Part shown: positions 1-12,345 of the stretch, piece by piece
Layout of the letters: each line of letters opens with the position of its first letter
How positions within the stretch are numbered: the first letter of the stretch is position 1
From: Tubulanus polymorphus
Lineage: Eukaryota; Animalia; Nemertea
Assembly: GCF_964204645.1 (NCBI RefSeq)
Contig: NC_134027.1
Coordinates: 7,472,485-7,536,484 of the forward strand
DNA: 64,000 nt
Direction: 5' to 3'
Program-made: the position numbers and the translations under genes
The notes under the pieces: model-generated
The model's database searches: none
Seen by the model: the letters and a program-made list of their open reading frames with translations, nothing else
Told to the model about the DNA's origin: nothing

Positions 1-1135
1 TAACGGAGCTTGGTGTTTCCGGCGTAATAAGGTTGGATTAAGCTTTTCAAAACAATTACTCTTTTGTCTATAGTATGGTAAGGTGAACATCTTTTGCGTC
101 GTTGTTCGGAACATATTATTCGTGAAGCAATAGACGATGAAATTGGCACAAGAATCGAGAACAGTTAAACCCATGCCAATTTTCCGTACCATCATCGAGG
201 TGTGATAATCATATCCCTGTATTTCTATAATTCTGGCAAAAAAGGCCCTATCCAAAAACGACACCGACTCAAATAAGATATATATGATTACAACAGAAAT
301 AACCATTCGAAGGACTTTACCTTGTTTTGTAGAATTCGAATTCGAATGAATATTTTTTGCGGTTTTGACCGTTTTTTGTAAAGTCAATGCAAGAATGAGA
401 GATGTATTGGTGACGAGTAGAGAAATCATGGGGATAACGGAAAGATAAATGAAACCTACCCACGAGCTCATCTTCGCATTCCAGTCAAGTAGATAAGGAT
501 TGCTATAATAGTAGGATAACTCATTAGATAGAATCCAGGTTCTCATTCCGGTACTCGAGCATCGGAACGCTTTCAACCCTTTGTTTGGCAGAAAAATAGG
601 CAGAAATAAAACAAACGATACTAAATTCACGATAAATAGAATTAAGCGTAACTTTCGACAGCGACCAAAACAGCCGTGATTTCAGTGGAAACGTTACCAC
701 AATTAACCTTTCGAAGCTCAACAGACCGACACACCAGTTCCTAATCGACTGAAAAACGTAGTAAAATCCGAGAGCAAACACGGTGAATTGCCAACCGAAA
801 CCCCAGTCATCTTTACGGAATACGACATCTCCGACGACTGCGTAAACGTGCAGGGTCCGAAGAGGAAACATAATGAGAATGCAGAGCAAATACAGAAGGT
901 CGTAGATAGCTACTACTTTGATAAGATAGTAAGATGCATTCGTCGCCATATATCGCAAAACTAGAAGCGTCAATCCGTTTAAAAGTACACCGAACAAGGA
1001 AGCTGGTCCGTAGAAACACGTGTACACTAGGACACTGAATACGTGATACTTATGGATGGGTAACACTTTCCATTTGTCGCAGATGTTGATAAATTCTTCC
1101 GATGAATCTGAATTATTCATCACGCTTGTATTCAT
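1..1135 (-). pseudogene. Intronless class A GPCR (FMRFamide/peptide-receptor-like) with a frameshift near 645-660; pseudogene or assembly indel; 3' end lies outside the window
   Basis: ORF 524-1135 has N-terminal NxS/T sites, TM1 (GVLLNGL), TM2 (AIYD) and TM3 ending SFERL. A second frame, open from about 680 to base 1, gives TM4 LILFIVNLVSFVLFLP, TM5 VGFIYLSVIPMISLLVTN, TM6 VISVVIIYILFES and TM7 DSCANFIVY. Confidence 0.8.
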
Positions 1136-1389
1136 CGCACCAACTTTCTGGCATTCACAATGATTGTGACTGTTGTCGGCCGTGCCGTGGTTGAAAATCT
1201 CTAGCCTGATATGAAAACTTTTCGAGCAAATGAAATATAATAATGACCGTTAAAAAATCAAATCGATCATTGGTTAATCGTTCACACGCGCGAACAAAGA
1301 AATGATTAGGCATCTGGAAATCTTATTTTGATTTGGAAAATTGTCCGTGCGTGCGGAAAGGATTCCTTTTTAGAAATACAGCACTTTTA

Positions 1390-1741
<352 letters not shown>

Positions 1742-1850
1742 TGAATTGTCTTTCCTAGATAATCGGATCGACTGGCACATATTGCGAATAGTAATCTAGG
1801 GTAATATATTCAGGCCCACGTGAATAACCGTATACATATATACATATGCA

Positions 1851-3670
1851 ATGGAGAACGAAAGCGCTTACAAATCGCTGGTGAAAGAATTACAAGAGTC
1901 TACTGGCGACCCAGCTGAAGTTGCTGCAATCTATAACAAACGGACATCATACGATGAGGTAGTTTCCGACCGGCTATCATGAGACACCGATGACAACTGC
2001 TGAGAAAAAGCACGCAGTATTGCACACATAGTCATTGTATTTTTTAACAGGATATGAAATTGATCGCCAAATACGTTGGTCCAGAAAAGCTTGCGAAGGT
2101 TGTCGATGATTATGTGCGGAATAAAGATTGTAGAATTCTCGATGTCGGTGCCGGAACTGGACTCGTCGCCGAGGAGGTAATATGATGATTATCGTGAAAG
2201 ATAATAGTGGCGTGTATGACATCAATCTTTTCCGACATCAGTGATCCAATCAGCAACCAACAAAGTAACACTGCTAATCCAATTAACAACAATTCAGCAT
2301 ATAGTATTTCAGCATAGTTTGATCTTGGAGAAATTTCCAAGGTTTGATGTTTCAGCATCTTCTTCTTCTTTCTCCTACAGCTTAATGTACGTACGTACCA
2401 TGCGTTCACTTCCATAGAGCTTGCTCGGAACTCTGCAAGACTCTGGCTCTCATTACTTTTACAAACCTCTTCCAAAACTCTCCAACGCTCTATCCCAACT
2501 CGACTTAACTGTCAAAAGTCTGGGCCCAGTTTCACAAAAACGTTTAAGCCTAAAACGGTTGAGTTTGAATTGTTGTCCTTATTGAAAACACGAAGTAACC
2601 AATAGCAATTACATCAAAAATTAGAGTTTAAATTTTTCGTGAAACCGGGCCCTGGAGTATTTATATGAATTTATCATCCGGGTTGATGATATTTAGATTT
2701 TGACCTTATTTGGTAATTCTAACTAAACTTGATATTTTCAGTTTGGTCGTGTTGGTCAACCTTACAGAATTATTCATTGCTGCGATTGGATTTATGAATG
2801 TTAAATAACACAACCATAGGATGAAAAAATAGTTTTTTAATAAATTACAGTAAAACCTCGCCGGACTCGGTCAAAAAACAAAATAATTTTTCTGACATCC
2901 TAACGTATGTTCCTATCCTTAACTCAAGACTTCGCTTACCTCGGACTAATTTTGCCCGTCCCTGTTTGTCCGGTTAGGCTTGGTTTACTGTGTATAATGT
3001 AACAATGACCGCATAGTGTGGGTGAAAGATTTCCCAAAATCTGTTTTGTTCATTATCATCTTAGTTGAGGAAGGTAGGTTTCACGGGAAAATTTGACGCC
3101 ATTGAACCATCGAAGCAGATGGCGAATCTAGCGGTGCGAAAGAGTTTCTATGAGAACTGCTACATCGAGTTTGTTACCGTCGACAAACCATGTTCCATTT
3201 CAACAGGTAAGAAACAAATTGACCTTAATGTTTATTTATGATATTCCATGATAGAATTTTTATTATCAGCTTGCATTTTAGGGTTTTATGACCACGTTGT
3301 GAGTTGTGGCGCTATAATTCCTGGGCATATAAAATACCAGGCACTGACAGAGATGTTGAGAATGTGCAGGACAGGTGCGCGTTATTGGCTGCATCTAAAA
3401 CTTAGAACAGAAAAAAAAAAACTTAGAACAGCTGGAGGAATGGACGGATAACGAGATTAATTCGTTCGTGCTGTTTCTTTTCCAGGCGGCTATGTTTTCG
3501 CCTGTTTTGGGAGAGACTATTTAGAAACGGAAAGTTTCCGAGGTTTCGACGAATTTGTGGAAAATTTGCAAAGCGATGGAAAATGCCAATACGAAATGAT
3601 TGAGATCGACGAGTACAAACATATGATGGCTGGTTGTATTGTAGTGTTGCAGAAAACTACTGCACCGTGA
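1851..3670 (+). CDS. METTL27: Class I SAM-dependent methyltransferase, METTL27/WBSCR27-like (5 coding exons)
   Basis: Exons ~1851-1958, 2051-2176, 3065-3206, 3282-3374 and 3486-3670 splice in frame: MENESAYK...IYNKRTSYDEDM...RILDVGAGTGLVAEELRKVGF...FDAIEPSKQM...YDHVVSCGAIIPGHI...LRMCRTGGYV. Motif I is DVGAGTG; AATAAA at ~3702. The subfamily assignment comes from recalled similarity. Confidence 0.75.
2523..2651. mobile_element. PIF/Harbinger-type MITE
   Basis: TIR ggcccagtttcac...gtgaaaccgggcc, flanked by a CTG direct repeat on both sides. Confidence 0.65.
2848..2990. mobile_element. Tc1/mariner-pogo-like MITE remnant
   Basis: ta|cagtaaaacc...ggtttactg|tg termini (CAGT...ACTG, with a TA/TG flank). 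Confidence 0.5.
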
Positions 3671-3947
3671 CCAAATTTAACTTTATCTAACTCTTTCCCT
3701 CAATAAATTACATCATTGTGGAACCGTGGGGGTATTCAGGTACTTGTGTGTGAAACCTTCAAAATCTTATTTAAGCTGTGGTTGTAATCTACCGTCCTCT
3801 TATAAGAATAACTATCCAGCAAATTGTGTATGTTCCTTTTTTTATTCCTTAATGATATTAGCGTATAGATATTGACAAAATTACAACATGCAGAATATGA
3901 AACAAATATACATATGTTTTATTGTCATCAATGGAGAAATTACAATT

Positions 3948-6900
3948 TCATTTTTCCATCAAATATTGATAATATAATGATTCTAAATCAGTGTGAGCGA
4001 ATTTCGGCACGAAATTGATTTTCACTATTTTAGTAAATCCTTCAGATAAGCCAGGCTCAATGAATTTCTTTCTGAAATAGACGAAAAGAAAGTCATTAGG
4101 ACTTGAAGCGATAGTTGAAATTAAATAAACTTCTATCTCAACAGAGTTTCCCTTTTTTCAAACAAGCACAGATTCACTCACTTAAATGAATGCAAGACCA
4201 TTTCATTTATCTTCTGGTGATTTTTGTCTGTAATTTCTCTGAACTGCAATAAACCAGTCATAAGTAAATGTATCGGATCAATAGCGCGTGAGTACTTAAA
4301 AATCCGATTTCGGCTATAAAGGTTAAAATATTGCAAAAAATTCTAACCCGTTCATTGTGTTGAACATGCTGGAATGTCACATTGAAATAAAAACATCTAC
4401 AGGGAACTTTCTTCTTTGAAGCACAATCCAAATACCTAGACCAAAAGTATTCATAACATAAGTAATAGTTCACATTCCTTTTTAACACGATGAAATAAGC
4501 AAAATTCTATGTTATATTAAAGAACCTTTTTCTGGACTCGGGGTCTGGATTGGTGTTATCGATTACTACACTCAAACCTGAATCTAATGCTTTCAGGCAC
4601 TTAGACACACAAGCTTGCCAGCTGCCAAGAATATCCTTCAAAATAAAAGCATGATTTACAATTACACATACCCTGCTTATAATCTACTACCAAAAATTTT
4701 TTATTGTAAAAGTTTTTTATTATACATGTATACTTAAATGCTTTGTATCAATCTATTATGTGAATAAATACTTATACTTATACTTAAAATCAAATACTGG
4801 TAATAAAAATTTTAATTGCAGACCAGTCTAATTTGATTGGTAACAGGAACAAAATAATCATGCAAGTCTTGATTCTGAACCAGCAGCCCTCTTCGAAGAC
4901 AAGCTCAAAGAATAAACAACCAATTAATGTTGTGAATACCCTGTTATACTTACTCGGCTGATGTAAACATATCCTTCCGGTATCAGATACATTTCAGAGA
5001 AAAATGATTTTCCTGCTGCAGATGGATATAAAACATACCTATTGCTCGTGGCTAGTACTCAGATGAATTTTAGATTGAATAGATCAATACGGTTTTTCTA
5101 TAATTAGTAGACTTACATGCCGGAAATCCAACATTCACGATAAGCTTGTAAATTGAAACAGAAGAAGGAAATGATGAACAGAGAAAGTTGAAAATTTGCA
5201 ACATATATACAATACATACACCAGTATATTAGTACCTCCTGGGTTGTTGAAGTAATTTCTTCATTAGCTGGGTCAGTAAGTGGACCATTGGAATCTAGAT
5301 TTCGCTAATAGAAGAATGAACGTAAGTATTTGGCTCAGAAAAATTAAGAACAGAATATCGCAAAAGGAGATAATGAACATTCAGTTCATTCGCATAGTTC
5401 TTACAGGATTGAATTCTGGCAAATTAAAAGGAGCTTTTTTGCTGTTTTTGAAAAATTCTTCAGGGGTATGAAATGCAAGACCAGCATTTATGGCAAACTG
5501 AAAATAATGTAAATAATTAATAAATACATATGGACTGGAACATTTCTTGATGATTGAATAGAGTTATGTTAAACGAACCAGTCGATCACTGCATGAGAAG
5601 TCCTTTTTTCTTTTTGGTTCCCAATTTACAGGACGACCTGCTGCATCTAGAATGAGTTAAATATAAATTTACACTAGATGTAACCATAGCACAATTAAAC
5701 CTTCTTTAACCATGCACAGGTAGCAACTATATTAGTTTGCATTTACCTCCACAATAAAAGCTCAATTTTTCATCAATATCAATGCCATCATTCGCCTGAA
5801 ACAAGAGTAAAATGATTCGTTTTCTTTCGAACAACAAATGGTTTTAAGAGAGTTGGTTTGACTGATGATAGTAAATGCTTTACAGATAATAAATTACTTT
5901 TTCGTGTAAAAATGTCCACATTCCAAGAGCCGGTTTTCTGTAGCGACCTGGGCCAGTCGAAACAAAAACCTGAATTGGGGCTGGTATCTGCCGGACTATT
6001 TCCGTGATTTTAGTCTTCAGATCTTTTTCCTTGAGTTTTCCACGGCTTATTCCCATCTATCAATGAGATTAACAATCTTAATAATATTGTTATCTGTATT
6101 CAGAATCTTTACAGGGCCTTCATTTCGAAACACATGTATAATGTCGAATGTACCTGGTTCGTAAAAAACACGATCTTAAAACCATCGGCAAAAAGTTTCT
6201 TCAGTTTTCCTGGAATTTCTGGTAGCAGAAATCTGAAATATTGCCATGCTAGTGAAAAATCCTTTATGCACAGTTTAAAAAACTTTGATGAACTTTTGAA
6301 TGAGTACTTACTTCCAGTCATTGAAATCAACTGCAAAAACTCGCCCTGATTTTGTGGTTATAATTGTACCATCCATATCGAATGCTGCAACCTAAGAACC
6401 GAAGAACATCATGAATAATTGCAATAGTTTATTTTCTACATATACATACATGTATCCTGTAACAAATGTCACCCAAAAAGATCTAACCTTGTTTCTACTA
6501 ATAACACCGGTGCTTGTATAGACCAACAGAGAATCTTCAGGATTCTCCCATTTAGAATCTGCATTCGGTTTACGGAAATTAACAAAAGAACTTGTTTTGT
6601 TATCTATGACATTGTCCGAGTCATTATCAGTAACATTGGAGCTACATTCTTGTGTGTCTGTGTTAGCAAAGTTTTTTTTCATGAACTGAAGTTTTTCGTT
6701 GATAGCTTCAAGGTCTTCCTCCTCATTCTCATTATCACCATCATCATTCAGTGTGATAGAATCTTCATCCAATTTTCGCTTCTTCCAATCTTTATTTCCA
6801 TCATCTGACAATTGTCTTAACTTATTCTTTTTACCAGCACTGGACTTAAAATCAGTATGATGAAAATAAACAGTAAACGGAAATTGCCCTTCCAGAAAAT

Positions 6901-7362
6901 ACAGAACATCAGAATGTTTGAATATCATCGAAGATTTTCGTCCGATCGAGTCAGATGCTTTATAGGAATTATTGGCTCCAAGTTGTGTAATAGTAACGTG
7001 TTGCTCATGTATGTTAGCAGTCAATTCAACTGAAGATCAACAACAAAAGAATACATGATATGCTGTGATCAATGTCCTCAAAATCGATACGCTTCTACCA
7101 TTTCTAAAATGAAAATTAACAAACCTTGTTTCTTTGAACATCGTTTATCAGTTATTTCTGTTTCTGGACCCCTTCCCAGAACAACTGGTGTTCCATCTGT
7201 AAGTTTTATTGAAAGTCGACCATTTGAAAGTTCACAAGTCATTTTCCTGAAACATAGATGATACGCATGGCTGATGTTAGTTTGGAGCAGTTGCACATGC
7301 CCATTGGCTGTAGGCACTTACTTAAAAAATGGGTTTCGAACATGCAACACGAGTGCTCGCAT
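3948..7362 (-). CDS. PNKP: Bifunctional polynucleotide 5'-kinase/3'-phosphatase (multi-exon)
   Basis: FHA domain ([18 protein letters not shown]), HAD phosphatase motif [34 protein letters not shown], kinase Walker A GFPASGKS split by an intron, and C-terminus [12 protein letters not shown]...YQYLMEK* ending at 3948. The start codon is either 7362 or the internal ATG at ~7242. Confidence 0.95.
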
Positions 7363-7552
7363 AGCGCTCTTATCACCTGAGCCTATACCGAACTGCTGGA
7401 AACCATACTTTTTTCATTAGATTTATCCTTACTCTTAGCTACTATGTAAGGCATAAGCTTACCTTAACCCTAAACTATGTGGACCATCTATACTCTTAAC
7501 CCCTAACCCTCTGAACTGTAACCTCTAGCCCCTGAATTTCTGCGGTTGAAAA

Positions 7553-7565
7553 GGCCGCCATTTTG
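7553..7565 (-). promoter_or_regulatory. YY1-type motif (CAAAATGGCGGCC) at the probable PNKP transcription start
   Basis: Exact match to the AAAATGGCGG core, oriented with the gene, ~190 nt upstream of the ATG. Confidence 0.5.
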
Positions 7566-7662
7566 AATCTACCGCTTGGTTATACAAATTAACAATGCTT
7601 ATCAATCAAAAAAGTTAATAGTAAATATCGTATCGGCTTAAAAAGTGTCTATAAGTCAATAC

Positions 7663-8070
7663 AAATGTAGCAAGCCACAGATGGAATTCGTCGAAGCAAA
7701 ACAGTGAAGTCGAAATGAGTTCAAACTTACACTAGTAGACGCCTAAAACCAATCATTCGAGCTCAACGACCTTGAAAGATGTAACAAGCCGTGGACCGTT
7801 GCGTGCTGCCCTTAATCTTATCTACTCGCATGCCGAAGTAAGAAACACCCATTTGTTAGGTTAGTTCACACATTCACCGTCAATGGGACATACAAGGGCA
7901 GCACTTAACGGCACTCTGGCACCAGTCTAGCGGCGGGTACACTGAAAAACTGCAAATCCTTGAAACACTGTCTCAAACAGTACTGACACTGTTAAACTCA
8001 AGAATAAATCAAGTGAAACTGTAACTAATTCCGGCTACAACTAACTGAGTTAGGTTAAAATCTCCCGAAA
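7663..8070 (-). ncRNA. Candidate structured non-coding RNA of unknown class
   Basis: GC-enriched intergenic island with an 11-bp perfect helix (7803-7813/7894-7904) extended by 5 bp, enclosing two hairpins. Further helices close with G-U pairs only on the minus strand, and the region ends in an ACA-NNN-like motif. No family recognised. Confidence 0.3.
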
Positions 8071-9537
8071 TAAGCATACTAGTATAAACACCATATTTTT
8101 GTTTACCATAAGTATTTTATTCATAGATCACGGCAGACACATCTAGCTAATATTAAAAAAAGAATATCTTTTGATAAGCCCATTATCAATGAAAGATAAG
8201 CCATAATCGATATCAACAAAGCTGCATCTAAACATAATTTTGCATCAGACGGATTTTGCAAAGCGAGCAGACTAGATAAGTTCAACATAAAATGAATTTA
8301 TCTCAATGCAGTTATTTCATCCCCTACTTAAAGGTTTTTTGCATAATGCTTATTGAATAATTGTGACAAATCCCTAACTAATATCGTGTCATGGCTATCT
8401 ATGAATGCATGTAGTTCATTAGATCTATGGTGCGAGATTCAAATAGTCAAATAGTTCCAAATATCAAATACATTTATAATTCAAATGTTTATAACATTAT
8501 CAAACAAATTTCAACAGCGAACTGATAAAACTCGAATTATTAAAAAAACACAAATTTTTGATATCATTCTGTATCACTGAATTTTAAAAAAAATGCAAGT
8601 CTAAATTATGTAAATTACCCTGATTTAATTGTGTCTGACTAAAATATATGCTTACAGCTAAAATCTTATTATAAATAGTCAATATTCTTAAAAATACAAC
8701 ATTTCAAAAATGTAGCAGAAGAGCTAAAATGAATAAACAAATGCTATAAAAGAGGACGCAAATCAATGACGAGACAAATGCAATAATCTATAGACCACTG
8801 AAAGCATTAAATGCTATCAAAATACACTGTAACATAGAAATTGATTACCATTTTGGACAATCAATAAATCAACACCCATTCCAAATTTTACAACTCAATT
8901 TTTAACTGCACAGATAATCATTTATTCCGAGTTGTTGCTATTGCACGTTTGATTGTAAAATTTCAAATGTACTAAGAGTATGTAGATAAGTCATTTCTTA
9001 ACATTTAGTGATCCAGGGACACCATCCTGACTTGGTCTGATATGCTCAACAATCTGACAATATCAATCTTCAACGCCCCTGCTGAACACATATTGTATAC
9101 AGAAACCAAAAACGGCTGGGCTAAAAAATTGACGATATGAGCATCAGCTATTAAAGTTAATGTTTCTCAACCCTCATTAATACACTAGAACCTTTTTAGT
9201 AAAGTTAGAGTCAGTCATTAATACATGTACATGGAAAATTTTTCTCAACACACTTTTGAGGATTTATACCTTTGAAAAAAGTGATTAATTTTCAACGGTT
9301 TTGACTGTGTATGTAAAGAATGAATTCTCCTTTAAAAGGCTCATTCACAACAGAGGGATAAAAGCCACATTGCTATCAAACGCTGTGCATGTATTGAGTA
9401 ATATTTGATTTACCCTGGATGAGCTATTCACCTGTGAATATCTGACAATATTTCTGTTTCTGTTCAGATCAGATATCAATGATATTAGGTTCTGATATAT
9501 TGATCTTGAAATCATCAATTCACAATAATTATTCAAG

Positions 9538-11923
9538 TTATACATTGACATAGTTTGTTTGCTTATTCAGCGAGTTCTTTTCTTTCCAAAGTATGATTTC
9601 GAGGATAATGTATGGTATTTGCAGAATACCTAGTAAATACATGCCAATATATATCTTATCGGTGACACAAACAAACCGCGAAACGGCAAACATTACTGCC
9701 AACATCAACGCTTGGTGTACTCTACTGAACACGAACGCAGATTCCTTCCTTTCGAACGTATTACCAATTAAACCTAGTTAATAGGAAAATATCAAAGATC
9801 ACTTTCTAAAGAATAATCTATGTATAAAGCAGTTTTATAAAAGTGAAATGATTACTGATGAAATGATCTACATACTATTGCTTTCTGTCAAAAATATTCC
9901 ATCGATGACTCCCAAACAACCGAACAAGACAAAGACAAAATACGGCTGAACATTGTGCGGTATCCAGTATAACATCGCAATATGAAGACTCACTGAGCCG
10001 AGACTCGCTGGAAAAGAGACTTTATTCTTAGAAATAATATAGGATGTAAGCATCAGCTTGAAATTTAAATATATTAACATATCAGATAATGATAAGTAAA
10101 AAGTTGCATGGTTGATTATTTTTCTTCTTACCAGATAAAATGATGAAGGGTCTGCCGGTATATTTTCGTATCAAACCGACAAACAGAGCAGATATTGATG
10201 ATGAAACTCCATAGCATACCACCGTATAACCAACCATCTTGATACCAATTGTGCATGTTATATATGCCTGGAATAGCAGATTAGATTATGGCCTAGAAAT
10301 CAAATCATCCTGAATCAGTACAGGGCAAAGAAACTGAAAACCGATTGGCTAAAATGGCTAGCACCATAATCTATAATGTGATTTTAGAAAAAAGGCTCAA
10401 TGATAGATCACCTTACATACCTTTACAGCATCACCAAATACAAATGACTGCATGAATGATGAATAACAGATCAATGGAAGCATCAGTAACATCTTTACTT
10501 TCTTATAAAATGAGCCCATGCTGCGCAGCTGTTGCGCAATCGTTTTTGTCGTTTTGGAACTTTGAAAGATGATATCTAATTTATCGAGCCATAATGCGCT
10601 TATAATCAATGCAAGAACAATCGCAGCCGAATAGACAATGAGTAAAACATAGAGAGCTTGTCTCGAAACGTGATCGCTTAAACTGTCAAGATTGTAAGAA
10701 TGACAGTACCTCGCGCCGCAGATTGATTTGTTCCAAGATTTGGTGCTTTCTTCGTCGAATAAGACATGTTTATTGATTATGTGTTCAGTAGAATTAACAG
10801 CATCCGCATCGACAGTAATGACCAGATGAGACCGTTCAATAAATTGCTCAGCTTGCAAGATCAGTGACGAAATGAGGTTTCCCAAAATTTGTCCGGATTG
10901 GAGAAACAGCGTGAAAATTCCGAAGAACATAGTCATCACATTTTCAATATTGCGTTCGGTAACAATGCTGAATGAAGCTGCGATGCTAGCGAGGTACGTT
11001 CCTTGAGCAACAAGCAAAAGTGCGCATGTATAACCAGCTAGAATCGATCCAGGTACCATTGTGTAGAATTTTGGGTAAAAGTTAGCCGCGTTGAACATCA
11101 ACTGTCCCCATAAACTGAAGAATATTGTCCATTTCGGTCGGATCTTGTTCATGATCGCTGGCGCTGTCACGCATCCGATGACATAACTTCCGTAGAAACA
11201 ACTCAGCGAAACTAAACCAAGCCCGCCGCCCGGATTCAGACTGCTTTGCAATGTACGCAGGGAAAAAAAAGACATGAAAGCCAACGAAAATGTCATACAT
11301 ATGAAAATGAAGTTTTTTACGTAGATTCTCCGATTCGGAAGTTGATCTTTCTGTAGTAGATGCGCAATTTTCGCTAATTTCATTACTGACACTGGCGGAG
11401 CGACGCTTACATGCGACCCTAAAGCTGCCTCGGATATCATCGGCAGGTGATCGTTGCTAAGCACTGACGTTGTTACAGTCGCGACCTTCGTTGTAAGTAA
11501 CAATCGGTCATTATCGCACCCGTAAATTGAACCATACGGTCTGCGATCGTTAGCTAGACTCTCATCCTCAGGTGTTAATCTGATGAACTTTCTGACTGGA
11601 TTTTTATCTTCGCCGACGTTCAATTTACCATCAACGACAAACGCAAATTTCTGTTTTTGACATTGCGCAGCCCCCGTTCGTAGCTTGTCACACTCACAGC
11701 CCTCATCATCATCGTCATACTCGGCTAAAGCAGCGAGATGAGCCGGCTGAGGGGGTAAATTGGCGCTAAAACTTTTCGCTCGACATGAAGCACATTTTGA
11801 TTTAGTAGATTGTTCAGTTCTCATCGACATCAGGACAGGAGTGTCTTCATCATTTTCAAATGCATCATTAGAACGGCGGAGACGCGGACCTGTATCGAAA
11901 TCAAACTTGTTGCGGTCATCCAT
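9538..11923 (-). CDS. UNC-93-like MFS membrane protein (4 coding exons)
   Basis: Large first exon with LRTLQSSLNPGGGLGLVSLSCFYGS, ANFYPKFYTMVPGS, QILGNLISSLIL and ICGARYC. Later exons encode AYITCTIGIKMVGY, MLYWIP and KESAF...*; these are typical UNC-93/UNC93A motifs. Confidence 0.92.
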
Positions 11924-12345
11924 TTCTGAATATCATCATATGTCGACGTTGCTTCCTTTTTCATCGATTTAGCCTATTTCGCATTTTCTCTAGATTTTTG
12001 ACAAGTGGGAAACCCGCTAGACGAATCATTGACGTCATTATCTACAGGTGCGCGGAATCTCTCTCTCAGGGCTGCGATTAATTTACGACGCGCATAAAGA
12101 AATAAGTAGGTATTCAATCAACAACTTCCGACCTATGGGTCTAATTTCGAAAACTGTTTGTTTGTTGATTCAGACAAATAGATTTCAATGTAAAGAATAT
12201 CGATGATCGATCCTTCGTACTTTCTGTCGTTTATGGTTTGCAGAAACCCCAAGATGTCTGCGCCCATTGAACTTTAAAAAGAAATTAAATTTAAAAGAAG
12301 GAGAAGAAAATCAAAATTGGGAACTGTTTCTCATAATCTTAAGAC
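11924..12345. promoter_or_regulatory. Compact divergent (bidirectional) promoter region between UNC-93-like and METTL3, with a CRE palindrome
   Basis: Head-to-head start codons 422 bp apart; TGACGTCA at 12030-12037. Confidence 0.55.

Noticed and set aside
7463-7535. Degenerate TAACCC telomere-like repeats in the PNKP 5' region
   Set aside because: Only a few imperfect units; similar motifs occur at ~23317 and ~60247. Not enough for an interstitial telomere or a template.
8021-8040. aactaattccggctac resembling RNase P RNA CR-V
   Set aside because: No complementary CR-I/P4 partner found upstream on the same strand.
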